The notes: a model not told the origin generated them from the sequence alone. A stretch of DNA of 64,000 bases from Syntrophaceae bacterium (GCA_003142535.1 PLMQ01000018.1:25573-89572), one strand, 5' to 3'; counted from the first letter of the stretch, positions 1 through 10,488 are shown. Numbers and translations: made by a program.

Positions 1-2
1 CT

Positions 3-65
3 TCGACTGCTCTTGCCAAACAGGGTGGCAAGGTTGATTTTGATTTGCGGATTACATTGAAATGA
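3..65 (+). CDS. 3' end of a gene running off the left edge (position suggests a T2SS assembly-platform gene, GspL/PilN-like)
   Basis: The frame is open from the window edge (..STALAKQGGKVDFDLRITLK*). The TGA at 63-65 overlaps the ATG of the next gene (ATGA). Only 20 codons are visible. Confidence 0.3.
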   Translation, partial: STALAKQGGKVDFDLRITLK

Positions 66-622
66 TGAAAGCATTCTGGGACAAACTGGATAAAAAACAG
101 CGCTATTATGCAGCGGGGGTGGCCATATTTGTTTTAGCCGCGCTAATTCTCGAATTCGGCCTTCTCCCCTTCTGGGAAGCCCAAGGAAAAATTAAGCAGG
201 CAGTGCAAACCAATCAAAAGAAACTGGGCGAAATAATAAGGTTGGATAATGAATTTGCCCTGCAGGAAGCAAAAGCGGCTAAAGTCAAAAGAGTAATGGC
301 ATCGCGTCTCGCTGATTTCAGTTTGTTTTCCTATTTGGAAAAGAAAGCTCTTCAGGCGGCGGTAAAGGGAAACATTAAAAATATGAGTTCGTCCCGCGGC
401 ACGCAGACGGCGAACTTCGAAGAATCGCTCATTGATATCAGGCTCGATAAGATCACCATCAAACAACTGACGGATTTTCTATATTATGCCGAATCACCTG
501 CTGATCTGGTCAGAATTAAGAGGGTTACAGTGAGCAAGATGAAAGAAAGCCCTGAATATTTAAGCGTCCAGATGCAATTAGCCTCTTTTCAAATGCTCAA
601 CCCGCGGCAGGGAGGGCAATAG
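62..622 (+). CDS. T2SS protein M-like (GspM/PilO-like bitopic membrane protein)
   Basis: 186 aa with a single N-terminal TM (YYAAGVAIFVLAALILEFGLL) followed by a coiled-coil. It sits in the gsp block and is translationally coupled to its neighbours. Confidence 0.5.
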   Translation: MMKAFWDKLDKKQRYYAAGVAIFVLAALILEFGLLPFWEAQGKIKQAVQTNQKKLGEIIRLDNEFALQEAKAAKVKRVMASRLADFSLFSYLEKKALQAAVKGNIKNMSSSRGTQTANFEESLIDIRLDKITIKQLTDFLYYAESPADLVRIKRVTVSKMKESPEYLSVQMQLASFQMLNPRQGGQ

Positions 623-626
623 CAAA

Positions 627-1451
627 ATGAGTATTCTGAAAAACAGGGTTCTTTGGTTTACATTCTATGGCGTAATGATTACAGCCCTGTTCCTATACAT
701 TCTTTTTCCTTCTGATATAGTAAAGAGCCGCCTCGAATCAGGGGTAAGTTCGCCGGACTTCAGTTTAAATATAGGATCGGTGCGGCCTTCACTTCCTTTG
801 GGAATAAAACTGATAAATCCGGTTATAAGTTATCTGGCCAGGAAAGATGCTCTCTTTCAGGGAGAGACGCTGGATATTCAGCCCAATTGGCTGAGTTTTT
901 TCTGGAAACGTATGTATATAAATTTGAGCGGCAGGGCTTATGGCGGTAATTTTGACGGTCGCATCGGCTTGATTTCGCGGGATAAATCTTTCCCTCCGCC
1001 GGAGGGAAAACTGAATTTTCAAAACATTGATTTGTCCCGCTACGGTTTTCTCCAGGCACAGCTGGGCAGGGAGATTACCGGAAAAGCTAAAGGGAATATA
1101 TATTATGATAATGCTTCTGATAACTATCAGACTCTTACAGGTGCAATAGAATTATTTCTGACAAAAGGCAGTTATCCGCTGGCCGAGCCCTTTCTGGGAT
1201 TGAACAGGATTGAATATGAACGCGGCGAAATCAAGGCCAAGCTGAATAACGGCATTCTGCTAATTGAAAAACTGGAAATTTTCAGCCCGCAGATAAATTG
1301 TTCCTTAAAGGGCGAAATAAATCTGGCGGCAGCTTTAGAGCAAAGCCGGCTCAACCTTACCGGTGCTCTGGAAATTATCAGTAAAAATAAAATGAAAACA
1401 AACGTCACTATCAGCGGAACGCTGGCTAACCCTGTAAGTCGCTATTTTTAA
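627..1451 (+). CDS. T2SS protein N-like (GspN)
   Basis: 274 aa with an N-terminal TM. It lies directly after the GspM-like gene and before the GspC-like gene. Assignment is mainly by context and size. Confidence 0.45.
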   Translation: MSILKNRVLWFTFYGVMITALFLYILFPSDIVKSRLESGVSSPDFSLNIGSVRPSLPLGIKLINPVISYLARKDALFQGETLDIQPNWLSFFWKRMYINLSGRAYGGNFDGRIGLISRDKSFPPPEGKLNFQNIDLSRYGFLQAQLGREITGKAKGNIYYDNASDNYQTLTGAIELFLTKGSYPLAEPFLGLNRIEYERGEIKAKLNNGILLIEKLEIFSPQINCSLKGEINLAAALEQSRLNLTGALEIISKNKMKTNVTISGTLANPVSRYF

Positions 1452-1462
1452 GAGAATGCTTT

Positions 1463-2383
1463 ATGCTGACCACGATAACGGAAATAACTGATAATGTGCA
1501 GAATAAAATAAGGGATGTCATTGCCGGTCATCCGGCAAGCCTTGCTGTTTTGCAGCCCTTACTTATTGCGGCTCTAATAACGATCATCTCATATGAGTCG
1601 GTCGGGTTGTTTTATAAGCTTACGAGCTTTCCCCTGATCAGCCGTCATCCGGCAGCAAAAAATATTGTGGCCAGACAGGATGATTTGCCGGTAGCTCAAC
1701 GTGATGCCCTGCCGGCTTACGGAGTGATTGTCGAGCGTAATTTGTTCCGCACAACGCAAAAAGCAATTGCCGAAAAGCAACTCGACGGCGGTTTTTTCGG
1801 ATCAGGCCAGGAATATTCGGCATATGATTTAAAGGGTACAGTAGCCGGCGATTCTTCTTTTGGTTTTGCGGTACTGGAAGAACGCGGCAAGAATAAACAG
1901 ATATTGTGCCGTCTGGGTAATATGGTCGGTTCGGCCAGGCTGGTAAAAATTACCCGCAATGCTGTAGTTTTAAGAACGGCGGAACGTGATATAATCCTGA
2001 AAATAAAAGAAACCCCGGAAGGTTCTTTGTTTCCGCGTCCCGGTGCTGCGGAGATGGCAGGCCAATCCGGCGTATCACTCAGTCGCCGAGAGGTTAGTGA
2101 AAAATTAGGCGATTTAAAGACAATTATGAATCAGGCTTTGGTAAGACCATTTTTCGTTGACGGTGCTCAGGAAGGATTCATTATTTCCGACATCAAACCC
2201 GAAAGTCTCTATCAAAAATTAGGATTGCAAAATGGTGATATAATAATGGATGCGAACAACAAGCGTATGCAGAGCGCCGAAGATGTTTTGCAACTGGTCA
2301 ATTTAATGCAGTCCGGTGGCCAGATATCCCTTAGTCTGAAAAGAAACGGCAAAATGGAAATAATTAATTATTCTTTTCATTAG
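1463..2383 (+). CDS. gspC: T2SS protein C-like with C-terminal PDZ domain
   Basis: 306 aa with an N-terminal TM and a C-terminal PDZ-like segment (GLQNGDIIMDANNKRMQSAEDVLQLVNLMQSGGQISLSLKRNGK). Lies in the gsp block. Confidence 0.6.
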   Translation: MLTTITEITDNVQNKIRDVIAGHPASLAVLQPLLIAALITIISYESVGLFYKLTSFPLISRHPAAKNIVARQDDLPVAQRDALPAYGVIVERNLFRTTQKAIAEKQLDGGFFGSGQEYSAYDLKGTVAGDSSFGFAVLEERGKNKQILCRLGNMVGSARLVKITRNAVVLRTAERDIILKIKETPEGSLFPRPGAAEMAGQSGVSLSRREVSEKLGDLKTIMNQALVRPFFVDGAQEGFIISDIKPESLYQKLGLQNGDIIMDANNKRMQSAEDVLQLVNLMQSGGQISLSLKRNGKMEIINYSFH

Positions 2384-2464
2384 GCGCCGCAGGTATAATC
2401 AACCTTCGGGTAAAAGAGATAAAATCAGCAGAGGTTTTTATATAATTACGGGAGAAGATGTAAG

Positions 2465-3331
2465 ATGTATGCCGCATATTTCGGCCTGAAAGAAAATCCA
2501 TTCAACCTGGCGCCGGAGCCGCGCTATTTATATCTGAGCGGCCACCATCGCGATGCTCTGAATTGCCTGATTTACGGGATTAAAGAAAAAAAAGGATTTG
2601 TTCTGATTACAGGTGGTATCGGAACAGGTAAAACAACAGTCTGCCGGGCTCTGTTGAATTCTCTGGATGATTCTATCGAAACGGCGCTGATTTTCAATAC
2701 AGCCATTTCCGATCTGGATTTGCTGGAAACAGTACTCACGGAATACGGAGTTTCCATAAACGGCGGTCCGAAAACAAAAAAAGTTTACATTGATGCGTTA
2801 AATGATTTTTTATTAAATAATTTTGCCGCGGGCAAAAACGCCGTTCTAATCATCGACGAAGCACAAAATCTTTCCCACGGTGTTCTGGAGCAGATACGAA
2901 TGCTTTCCAACCTGGAAACGGAAAGAGAAAAGCTCATCCAGATAGTTTTAATCGGTCAGCCCGAACTGAATAATACTTTGATATTACCGGCGATGCGGCA
3001 GTTAAATGAAAGGATTACAGTTCGGCACGACCTGCAGCGGTTAGCGCCCGGAGAAGTGCGCAGTTATATCGCCTATCGTCTGACAATTGCCGGCGGCCCG
3101 GGTACCATTATCTTTACAGAAGGCGCTCTCGGGCAGATTTATAATTATACAGAGGGAATTCCCCGCCGCATTAATGCCCTTTGCGATCGTGCCCTGTTAA
3201 TCGCCTATTCGAAAAGCACTGCACGAATTGACCGCCGCCTGGTGAAGCGCGCTGTCCGCGATATCGGTATTAACTATTTCCAAAAAACTATGAGTCGCTG
3301 GGGAAAAATATGGTCGCGTTTAACCGCGTAA
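2465..3331 (+). CDS. gspA: ExeA/GspA-family AAA ATPase
   Basis: The N-terminus YFGLKENPFNLAPEPRYLY is typical of ExeA. It has Walker A (GGIGTGKTT) and Walker B (VLIIDEAQ). Confidence 0.8.
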   Translation: MYAAYFGLKENPFNLAPEPRYLYLSGHHRDALNCLIYGIKEKKGFVLITGGIGTGKTTVCRALLNSLDDSIETALIFNTAISDLDLLETVLTEYGVSINGGPKTKKVYIDALNDFLLNNFAAGKNAVLIIDEAQNLSHGVLEQIRMLSNLETEREKLIQIVLIGQPELNNTLILPAMRQLNERITVRHDLQRLAPGEVRSYIAYRLTIAGGPGTIIFTEGALGQIYNYTEGIPRRINALCDRALLIAYSKSTARIDRRLVKRAVRDIGINYFQKTMSRWGKIWSRLTA

Positions 3332-3364
3332 ACAGTGTGGTAAGTCCTTGACCGGAGAGTGATA

Positions 3365-4147
3365 ATGAGTTACATAAACGACGCCCTGCGCAAAGCGCAA
3401 AAAGAAAAAGAATCAAATTACTCGGCCTACAGCGGTATTATCTGCGCGCCCGATAAAAAAGCCGGTCGGCCTTCGAGCTTATTTTTAATAGCCGGTTTGT
3501 TTATATTGTTGACACTCGTTGTGGGCGTTATTGTTTTCTTATACGGGCTGAAGAATGAAAAGATACTGGTGGCAAAAGTATCAGCTCCGGCAGAGACGCC
3601 ATTAGCCGCGGCCGGGCACAGGCAGGGAGATGCTCCGGGGACCCCGGAGGCTGCGGCAATCAGGGAGCAGGTACCGGGTAAGAACACGACGGTGGGGGAA
3701 ATAATTGCGAGAAATACACCAGCGGCGGAAACTGAAAAGGCAAAACTGGAAGATGCAATTGTTCTTTATAGACACGCCCTTGCTTTACAACGGGAAGGGA
3801 AATTAAACGAGGCTAAAAAATTGTATAAAAAAATAATCAGAAATGACCCGCACCATGTAAATGCGCTCAATAATTTGGGGGTTATTTATTTAAGCCAGAA
3901 GAATTTTAAATGGGCTATAATCCGATTTAATGACGCGCTGACGATAAAACCCGGTTATGCCGATGCTTATTATAATCTGGCCTGCCTTTATTCACAGAAA
4001 AAAGAAATTGCCCGCAGTTTTCATTATTTGAAAACTGCCGTTAAGATAAATCCGGAAGTAAGACAGTGGGCAAAAAATGATGCTGATTTGCAAGAATTAA
4101 GCAGATTCCCCGACTTTAATAAGTTGATGGAGGAGAAGGAAAATTAG
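3365..4147 (+). CDS. GspB-like membrane-anchored TPR-repeat protein
   Basis: The N-terminus MSYINDALRKAQKEKE matches the GspB/ExeB-type start. It has one TM and C-terminal TPR repeats (AYYNLACLY, ALNNLGVIY). The ATG at 3365 lies behind GGAGAG, whereas the ORF track starts at a GTG at 3359. Confidence 0.6.
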   Translation: MSYINDALRKAQKEKESNYSAYSGIICAPDKKAGRPSSLFLIAGLFILLTLVVGVIVFLYGLKNEKILVAKVSAPAETPLAAAGHRQGDAPGTPEAAAIREQVPGKNTTVGEIIARNTPAAETEKAKLEDAIVLYRHALALQREGKLNEAKKLYKKIIRNDPHHVNALNNLGVIYLSQKNFKWAIIRFNDALTIKPGYADAYYNLACLYSQKKEIARSFHYLKTAVKINPEVRQWAKNDADLQELSRFPDFNKLMEEKEN

Positions 4148-4148
4148 G

Positions 4149-6416
4149 ATGAGCCTGCGGAAAAAACATTTAAACATAAGCCTGTTTTTTGCTTTGCTGC
4201 TATGTTCGGCAATTTTCTTAATTGAGCCGCCTGTGAGCATGGCGGCCAGGGTTGCCGGTTCCAATGTGCCTGTTACTACTACTCAAACTTTGCCGGTTGC
4301 GCCGACACCGGATAAAGAGGCGGTTCCGGCCGTAAAGAATCCTCAACAGGAAAGCGAACCGGCGGCAGACTCGGCCAAAAAGGTTATCCAGGGTATGCCT
4401 CCGCCGGCCGGTGCTCCGGTCCCGCAGAATGTTCCGCCCGCTCAGCAGATGAATATGCCGGCCACACCCGATACGTCTATAAAAAATGATACGGGTACGG
4501 TACCTCCTGCGGCCAAACAAAAACCAGCCCATTCCGTGAAGAGGCAGGCCGCTGAAAAATACGTGACTATTGATTTTGATAACGTGGATATTGGCGTATT
4601 TATTAAATTTGTCAGTGAGTTGACCGGCAAGAACTTTATTGTTGATGATAAGGTCAAAGGCAAGGTTACCATCATCTCACCGAAAAAAATTCCCCTTCAT
4701 GATGTCTATAAAGTCTTTCTTTCTGTTTTAGAGGTTTATGGTTTTACGACTGTTACCGTAGGCGACATGGTTAAAGTTATTCCGGCGGTTTTGGCGCGCG
4801 AAAAAAGTGTGGAAACAAGGCTCAAAAAAGAAATTACTGATCCTGAAGACCGGATTGTCACCCAGATTATCACCTTGGAGCGAGCCAATCCCGATGAAAT
4901 AAAACGCGTGCTCGATCCGATTATTTCCAAATCCAGCTCTGTTCTGTCCTATCCGCCCGCGGGCATGCTCGTTATTACTGATTTTCTTTCCAATATTAAA
5001 CGCCTGCAGGAAATAGTTCTGGCGCTGGATGTGGAAGGGGCCGGAGATCAGATATCTTACATTCCTCTGCAAAATGCTTCCGCGAGCGAAGTGGTAAAGT
5101 CGCTGACGATTATTTTCCAGCAGCGCCGTCCCAATGCTACGCCCCTGAGGATAGTTTCGGATTCCCGGACAAACTCAATTATCATCTTGGCCAGCGTTGC
5201 GGATACGGAAAATGTGCGCAAACTTGTTGCATTTATGGATAAAGACGTGCCCCGTGGCGAATCCAATATTCAGGTTTACCGCTTACAAAACAGCAATGCC
5301 GAAGATTTAGCGAAAGTTCTCAACAGTATTGTCAAAGATACCGGTGCCGCGGCCAGCGCGGCGGGTGGAGCGGCGGCGGCTCAAAAAGCGCTTACCCCGG
5401 TGGTTTCGAAAAATGTCCAGGTCGTCCCGGATAAGGCAACCAATACACTGGTGATTATGGCCGAAAGGGAAGATTATAAGATTCTCGAAAATATTATCAA
5501 GCAACTTGATGTGCCGCGGCCAATGGTTTACATTGAGGCCTTAATTATGGAAGTCAACGCCAATAAAGCTTTTAATCTGGGTGTTGAATGGCGCGGTCTG
5601 ACAAATACAGGTAAAGTCCCTGGTACAGATACAGGCCAATCGGCGGCTTTTATCGGTTCCGGTGGCGCGGGCAGTACAACACCGGGCGGCTACAATATCC
5701 TCGATACTTTAACTACGGCTGCTTTTCCGGGCGGTTTTACAATGGGCATTATCGGCGCCGGCATTACCATCGGTGGCGTTACCTTTCCTAACATCGGGGC
5801 TGTCATTCAGGCATACAAGACGGATCAAGAAGTGTCCATTTTATCCACTCCCCAGATCATGACACTGGATAATGAAGAAGCAGAAATAAATGTCGGCTCG
5901 AACGTGCCCTATATTACCCGTCAGGATGCAACTACAACGAGTGCCCAGTACCCGGTTAATTACAACACCTATGAGTATAAAGATGTCGGCGTGATCCTAA
6001 ACATCACGCCGCATATCAACGAGGAAAACTTTATTCGGCTGAAAATATCGCAGCAGGTCACCAAAGTGACCTCAGCCAGCACTTCTGCAACACCGACAAC
6101 ATTAAAAAGGACAGCAAAAACGACGGTAGTGATCAAGGATAATGAAACTATCGTTATCGGCGGCCTGGTGGGGGACAGTACGGAGAACGATACATATAAA
6201 GTACCGCTGCTGGGCGATATTCCCCTTCTGGGTTGGCTTTTTAAAACACATTCCACTTCCCGGGAAAAAACAAACTTGTATGTCTTTTTAACTCCGCATA
6301 TTGTCCGGACGCAACAAGATGCCAAGAAATTATTTGATGAAAAAAAGGAAACCATGGGTGAAGTTGTGGAAGGCGTAATAAAGTTGAACGAAAAAAAGCC
6401 GGAACAAAAACCCTAG
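4149..6416 (+). CDS. gspD: T2SS secretin GspD
   Basis: 755 aa with a signal sequence, N0-N3-like repeats and a secretin C-domain (VPLLGDIPLLGWLFK, LYVFLTPHIV). Confidence 0.9.
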   Translation: MSLRKKHLNISLFFALLLCSAIFLIEPPVSMAARVAGSNVPVTTTQTLPVAPTPDKEAVPAVKNPQQESEPAADSAKKVIQGMPPPAGAPVPQNVPPAQQMNMPATPDTSIKNDTGTVPPAAKQKPAHSVKRQAAEKYVTIDFDNVDIGVFIKFVSELTGKNFIVDDKVKGKVTIISPKKIPLHDVYKVFLSVLEVYGFTTVTVGDMVKVIPAVLAREKSVETRLKKEITDPEDRIVTQIITLERANPDEIKRVLDPIISKSSSVLSYPPAGMLVITDFLSNIKRLQEIVLALDVEGAGDQISYIPLQNASASEVVKSLTIIFQQRRPNATPLRIVSDSRTNSIIILASVADTENVRKLVAFMDKDVPRGESNIQVYRLQNSNAEDLAKVLNSIVKDTGAAASAAGGAAAAQKALTPVVSKNVQVVPDKATNTLVIMAEREDYKILENIIKQLDVPRPMVYIEALIMEVNANKAFNLGVEWRGLTNTGKVPGTDTGQSAAFIGSGGAGSTTPGGYNILDTLTTAAFPGGFTMGIIGAGITIGGVTFPNIGAVIQAYKTDQEVSILSTPQIMTLDNEEAEINVGSNVPYITRQDATTTSAQYPVNYNTYEYKDVGVILNITPHINEENFIRLKISQQVTKVTSASTSATPTTLKRTAKTTVVIKDNETIVIGGLVGDSTENDTYKVPLLGDIPLLGWLFKTHSTSREKTNLYVFLTPHIVRTQQDAKKLFDEKKETMGEVVEGVIKLNEKKPEQKP

Positions 6417-6479
6417 AGCCAGGTACGCCCTCGGAAAACAATATTCCGGCCAAGTCCAAAGAGTAGGCAATGTTCATCT

Positions 6480-8273
6480 ATGTCCAAAATCTATACAGCA
6501 CTGCAAGATTCCGCCATTACTGGCGCTGATTTGCCGCCCCAACTCGCAAAGCCCGCCCTCTCTTTCGCCACGAAACTGCTTTTAGCCGGTGTGCCTCAGG
6601 ATGTTCTGGATGAAGCTCTAAGTATCAAGGAGAAAACCGGTTCCGGCTTTTTTGAGCAGCTTCTGAAAAAGAAAGCAATAACGGAAGAGGAATTACTGAA
6701 AATAACGGGCGAACAATTTGGTCTGACCTGCTTAGCGGAACTGCCCACGGAAAGCATCAATATCGATTTTACCCAGCTTGTCGCCATCCACTATTTGAAG
6801 AAATTTAAAATGATTCCGCTGCAAACGCCGCAATCTGCGGCCATAGCGGTAAGCGATCCTACTAATTTCCAGCCCATCGATGATTTGCGCATGCTTTTGC
6901 AGATACCGCAGGCGAGCGTTGTTCTTGCCCCGCAAGAAGTGGTTATCGCGGCCATCAACCTGGCCTATGACATGAGCCGCTCTTCGGCTAAAGATTTCTT
7001 TGAGGAAATGAATGAGGAATCGGCCGATGATCTCATTTCGGAAATCAGCGAAACGGCGGATTTACTCGACGAAACCAGTGACGCGCCTATTATTAAATTG
7101 GTCAATCTGCTTGTTGCCGGCGCGATTAAAGACCGCGCCAGTGATATTCACGTCGAGCCGTATTCGAGTAACCTGAAAATTCGTTACCGCATTGACGGTA
7201 TTTTGTATGACATTTTAAACCTGCCGCGCCGTATCCAGTCTCCTCTTGTTTCCCGCATTAAAATTATGGCCAGGCTTAATATCGCCGAAAAGCGTCTGCC
7301 GCAAGACGGCCGCATCGAAATAAAAATTGCCGACAGACTTATCGACATCCGTGTTTCTATTATCCCGACGGCCTTCGGCGAAAGAGTTGTGCTGCGTTTG
7401 CTGGATAAAAGCGGCAAGATGATGATACTTTCCGATCTCGGCATGCGTGATGATCGCATCAAGCTGCTCAACAAACTGATTAAATCCCCCTACGGGATTC
7501 TTCTGGTAACCGGCCCCACCGGTAGTGGCAAAACAACAACTCTTTATGCCGCGCTCTCCACTATCAACCGGCCGGAAATAAATATCATTACCATTGAAGA
7601 CCCCATTGAATACCAGATGGAAGGCGTAGGCCAAATTCAGGTAAATCCGAAAATTGATTTGACTTTTGCTGCCGGTTTGCGTTCGATTGTCCGTCAGGAT
7701 CCCGATGTCATTCTGATCGGTGAAATACGCGACCGCGAAACGGCGGAAATTGCCATTCAATCGTCGCTAACCGGCCACCTTGTTTTTTCTACGCTGCATA
7801 CCAATGATGCCGCCAGCGCAGTCACCAGATTGATCGATATGGGTATTGAGCCTTTTCTGGTCACTTCATCCGTTATCGCGATTATCGCCCAGCGTCTGGT
7901 GCGGGTGCTTTGTCCGCACTGCAAGGAAGTCCATCAGCCGGATGTCGAATCTTTATCGAACCTCGGATTAAACAAATCGGTATTGAAGAACACCGCTTTT
8001 TACCGGAAGAAGGGTTGTAATTTATGCATGCACACCGGTTTCCGCGGCCGAATAGCTATATTTGAAATTATGGTTGTTGATGATGATATCAAAAGGCTCG
8101 TCTTGAAAACATCTGATGCCAACCAGATAAACGAGCTTGCCCTGAAACAGGGAATGATAACCTTGCAGCAGGATGGTATTCTTAAAGTCATGGAGGGAAT
8201 AACAACGATCGAAGAAGTGCTGCGCGTGACCAGAGCTCTGAATCGCAAAGAGGATATTGTGGCTGAAACATAA
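6480..8273 (+). CDS. gspE: T2SS ATPase GspE
   Basis: 597 aa with Walker A (GPTGSGKTT), Asp and His boxes, and a tetracysteine motif (CPHC...CNLC). Confidence 0.9.
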   Translation: MSKIYTALQDSAITGADLPPQLAKPALSFATKLLLAGVPQDVLDEALSIKEKTGSGFFEQLLKKKAITEEELLKITGEQFGLTCLAELPTESINIDFTQLVAIHYLKKFKMIPLQTPQSAAIAVSDPTNFQPIDDLRMLLQIPQASVVLAPQEVVIAAINLAYDMSRSSAKDFFEEMNEESADDLISEISETADLLDETSDAPIIKLVNLLVAGAIKDRASDIHVEPYSSNLKIRYRIDGILYDILNLPRRIQSPLVSRIKIMARLNIAEKRLPQDGRIEIKIADRLIDIRVSIIPTAFGERVVLRLLDKSGKMMILSDLGMRDDRIKLLNKLIKSPYGILLVTGPTGSGKTTTLYAALSTINRPEINIITIEDPIEYQMEGVGQIQVNPKIDLTFAAGLRSIVRQDPDVILIGEIRDRETAEIAIQSSLTGHLVFSTLHTNDAASAVTRLIDMGIEPFLVTSSVIAIIAQRLVRVLCPHCKEVHQPDVESLSNLGLNKSVLKNTAFYRKKGCNLCMHTGFRGRIAIFEIMVVDDDIKRLVLKTSDANQINELALKQGMITLQQDGILKVMEGITTIEEVLRVTRALNRKEDIVAET

Positions 8274-8314
8274 TCAGGCTGTTATTGCAGGTGAAGAAAG
8301 AATAATTAGGCGGT

Positions 8315-9169
8315 ATGAGCACCAGAACTATGTCCGATAAAGAATCAAAAATGATTGAATTTTATAAAATGAGCGGGAGCGGTAATGATTTTATTATCAT
8401 TGATAACCGCGATTTGTCACTGAATGTCGGCGATATCAGTAAATTTGTCCGCAAAGTCTGCCGGCATAAAATATCGGTAGGTGCGGATGGCTTGTTCTTA
8501 ATTGAACCGTCTGATCGTGCCGATTTTAAATGGCAATTTTTCAACTCGGACGGCAGCTCGGCGGAGATGTGCGGCAACGGCAGCCGCTGTGTTGCCCGCT
8601 ACGCTTATCTTAAAGGTATTGCGGGAAAGAAGATGTCGTGGGAAACCATCGCCGGCATTATCAGCGCTGAAGTTGAAGGTGATGTTGTGAAGGTAAAGCT
8701 GACCAATCCTTCAGCCGTGCAATTGGGAATCGAAATAGACGCCGCAGGCAGGCAATTTAGTTTAGATAAAGTTGATACCGGAGTTCCGCACGCAGTGGCT
8801 TTTGTCGATAACCTGGATACCTGCGATGTATTTCAATGCGGACGACATATACGCCACCATGAACATTTTCAGCCAAAAGGTACCAATGCCGATTTTGCTA
8901 CTGTTATTGACCTGCATAAAATCAGGTTGCGTACTTACGAGCGCGGTGTGGAGGATGAAACGCTGGCCTGCGGCACCGGTATGGTGGCAGCGGTTCTGGC
9001 TGCTGCGGAAAGAGGGTTTGTGGAATCGCCGGTTGACGTGCTGGTGCAAAGCGGTGAAACGTTACGCATTTATTTCGAACGTAAAAATGGCCACTGGCAG
9101 GAAATTTATCTTGAAGGTAAAGTAAAAATAGTCTATCAGGGATTTCTTTTTGCAGAAGCATATAAATAA
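8315..9169 (+). CDS. dapF: diaminopimelate epimerase
   Basis: Contains FYKMSGSGNDFIIID and catalytic Cys motifs (MCGNGSRC, LACGTG). The true start may be the internal Met at 8351. Confidence 0.9.
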   Translation: MSTRTMSDKESKMIEFYKMSGSGNDFIIIDNRDLSLNVGDISKFVRKVCRHKISVGADGLFLIEPSDRADFKWQFFNSDGSSAEMCGNGSRCVARYAYLKGIAGKKMSWETIAGIISAEVEGDVVKVKLTNPSAVQLGIEIDAAGRQFSLDKVDTGVPHAVAFVDNLDTCDVFQCGRHIRHHEHFQPKGTNADFATVIDLHKIRLRTYERGVEDETLACGTGMVAAVLAAAERGFVESPVDVLVQSGETLRIYFERKNGHWQEIYLEGKVKIVYQGFLFAEAYK

Positions 9170-9200
9170 TATTTAATTATTTCAATCAGGAGGTTTTACA

Positions 9201-10370
9201 TTGCGTACGGCCGAGCGTCTCACGAACATACCGCCATATTTGTTCATGGAGTTAAGAAAAAAAATCAACAAAGCCAAAGCCGACGGTGTTGATGTTATTT
9301 CGCTCGCTATCGGTGATCCAGTGGAAGCAACGCCGGATTCGATCATTGACGAGCTTTGCGCGACAGCGCGCGATTCCATGAACCACCGTTACCCGACAGA
9401 CGAGGAAAAGGGTATGCTTGCTTTTCGCAAGGAAATAGCCTGCTGGTATCAGGAAAGATATGGCGTCAGCCTCAATCCCGAAAATGAAATTCTGGGACTT
9501 ATCGGCTCGAAAGAAGGCTGCCATCATTTTATTCTGGCGCGGGTCAACACCGGCGATACAGTTTTAATGACCGATCCCGGTTATCCGGCCTACCGCGCGA
9601 GCATCCTGATGGGTGGCGGCGATCCGTATAATGTTCCCATTCTGCCGCAAAATAATTATCTGCCGGTATTCGAAGACATCCCGGCGGATGTCGCCAAAAA
9701 AGCAACCGCTATGTTCCTTAATTATCCGAACAATCCGACCGGTGCCTGCGCGACTTTGGAGTTTTTAAATAAACTTGTTGATTTTGCCCGTAATTATGAC
9801 ATTGCAATTTGTTACGATAATCCCTACAGCGAAATAGTCTTCGCCGGTCAGGAGCGAGTCAGTTTTCTGATGGCGCAAGGCGCAAAAGATGTCGGCATCG
9901 AACTTAATTCCTTATCCAAGCCTTTCAACATGTGCGGGTGGCGGCTGGGCATGGCTTGCGGCAATCCCGAATTGATTGCCGCCATCAGCAAAGTTAAAGA
10001 AAACACGGATTCGGGAATTTTTAATCCGATCCAGTTCGCCGGTATTAAGGCGTTGCAGAAAGAAGCGCCGTTTATTGAAAAAATGCTGGCTTTGTACGGA
10101 AAACGTCGCGAGCTGGTGCTCCAAACATTGAAAAAAATCGGCATTGATTTCAATCCGCCGCGGGGAACGTTTTACCTGTGGGTGCCCGTACCCAAGGGGA
10201 TGACATCGCTGGATTTCACCAACCGCCTGTTCGATAAAACATCCGTAGTTGTTGCTTCCGGCGTGGCTTACGGCAAATATGGCGAGGGTTTTGTGCGCAT
10301 ATCGCTGACTGTTTCCGATAAAAGGCTGGAAGAGGCGATGAAACGAATAGAAAAGGAATTCACACAGTAG
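9201..10370 (+). CDS. dapL: class I aminotransferase, probably LL-diaminopimelate aminotransferase
   Basis: TTG start behind CAGGAGG. The N-terminus is LTNIPPYLFMELRKKI..ISLAIGDP and it carries the PLP-lysine motif SLSKPF. It is adjacent to dapF. Confidence 0.7.
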   Translation: MRTAERLTNIPPYLFMELRKKINKAKADGVDVISLAIGDPVEATPDSIIDELCATARDSMNHRYPTDEEKGMLAFRKEIACWYQERYGVSLNPENEILGLIGSKEGCHHFILARVNTGDTVLMTDPGYPAYRASILMGGGDPYNVPILPQNNYLPVFEDIPADVAKKATAMFLNYPNNPTGACATLEFLNKLVDFARNYDIAICYDNPYSEIVFAGQERVSFLMAQGAKDVGIELNSLSKPFNMCGWRLGMACGNPELIAAISKVKENTDSGIFNPIQFAGIKALQKEAPFIEKMLALYGKRRELVLQTLKKIGIDFNPPRGTFYLWVPVPKGMTSLDFTNRLFDKTSVVVASGVAYGKYGEGFVRISLTVSDKRLEEAMKRIEKEFTQ

Positions 10371-10488
10371 CTTTTGTATCCTTCGTATAACTTTGTTGGC
10401 AGCTGCGCAGTCATCCTCGACGTATTATAATATACGCCTGCGGAGCCTGCTCGCCGCCGCCGCGTTCTACTTTGGATACAAAAGCTAC
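10367..10488. repeat. family-2 hairpin element, copy G (level-1 form)
   Basis: Perfect 15-bp inverted ends (GTAGCTTTTGTATCC / GGATACAAAAGCTAC) enclose AACTTTGTTGGCAGCTGCG plus an inner hairpin module. It lies between dapL and ychF. The ORF-track extension 10393-10509 reads through it. Confidence 0.7.

Noticed and set aside
7215-7760. Long antisense ORFs inside well-supported genes: 7215..7760 in gspE, 46747..47271 in fdhE, 55497..56189 in the TonB receptor, 60049..60522 in the activase, 42045..42545 opposite the CBS gene, 18045..18458 in the giant gene
   Set aside because: Each overlaps a gene with clear family motifs on the other strand. Their translations are low-complexity or Arg/Ser/Cys-rich, as is typical of antisense frames.
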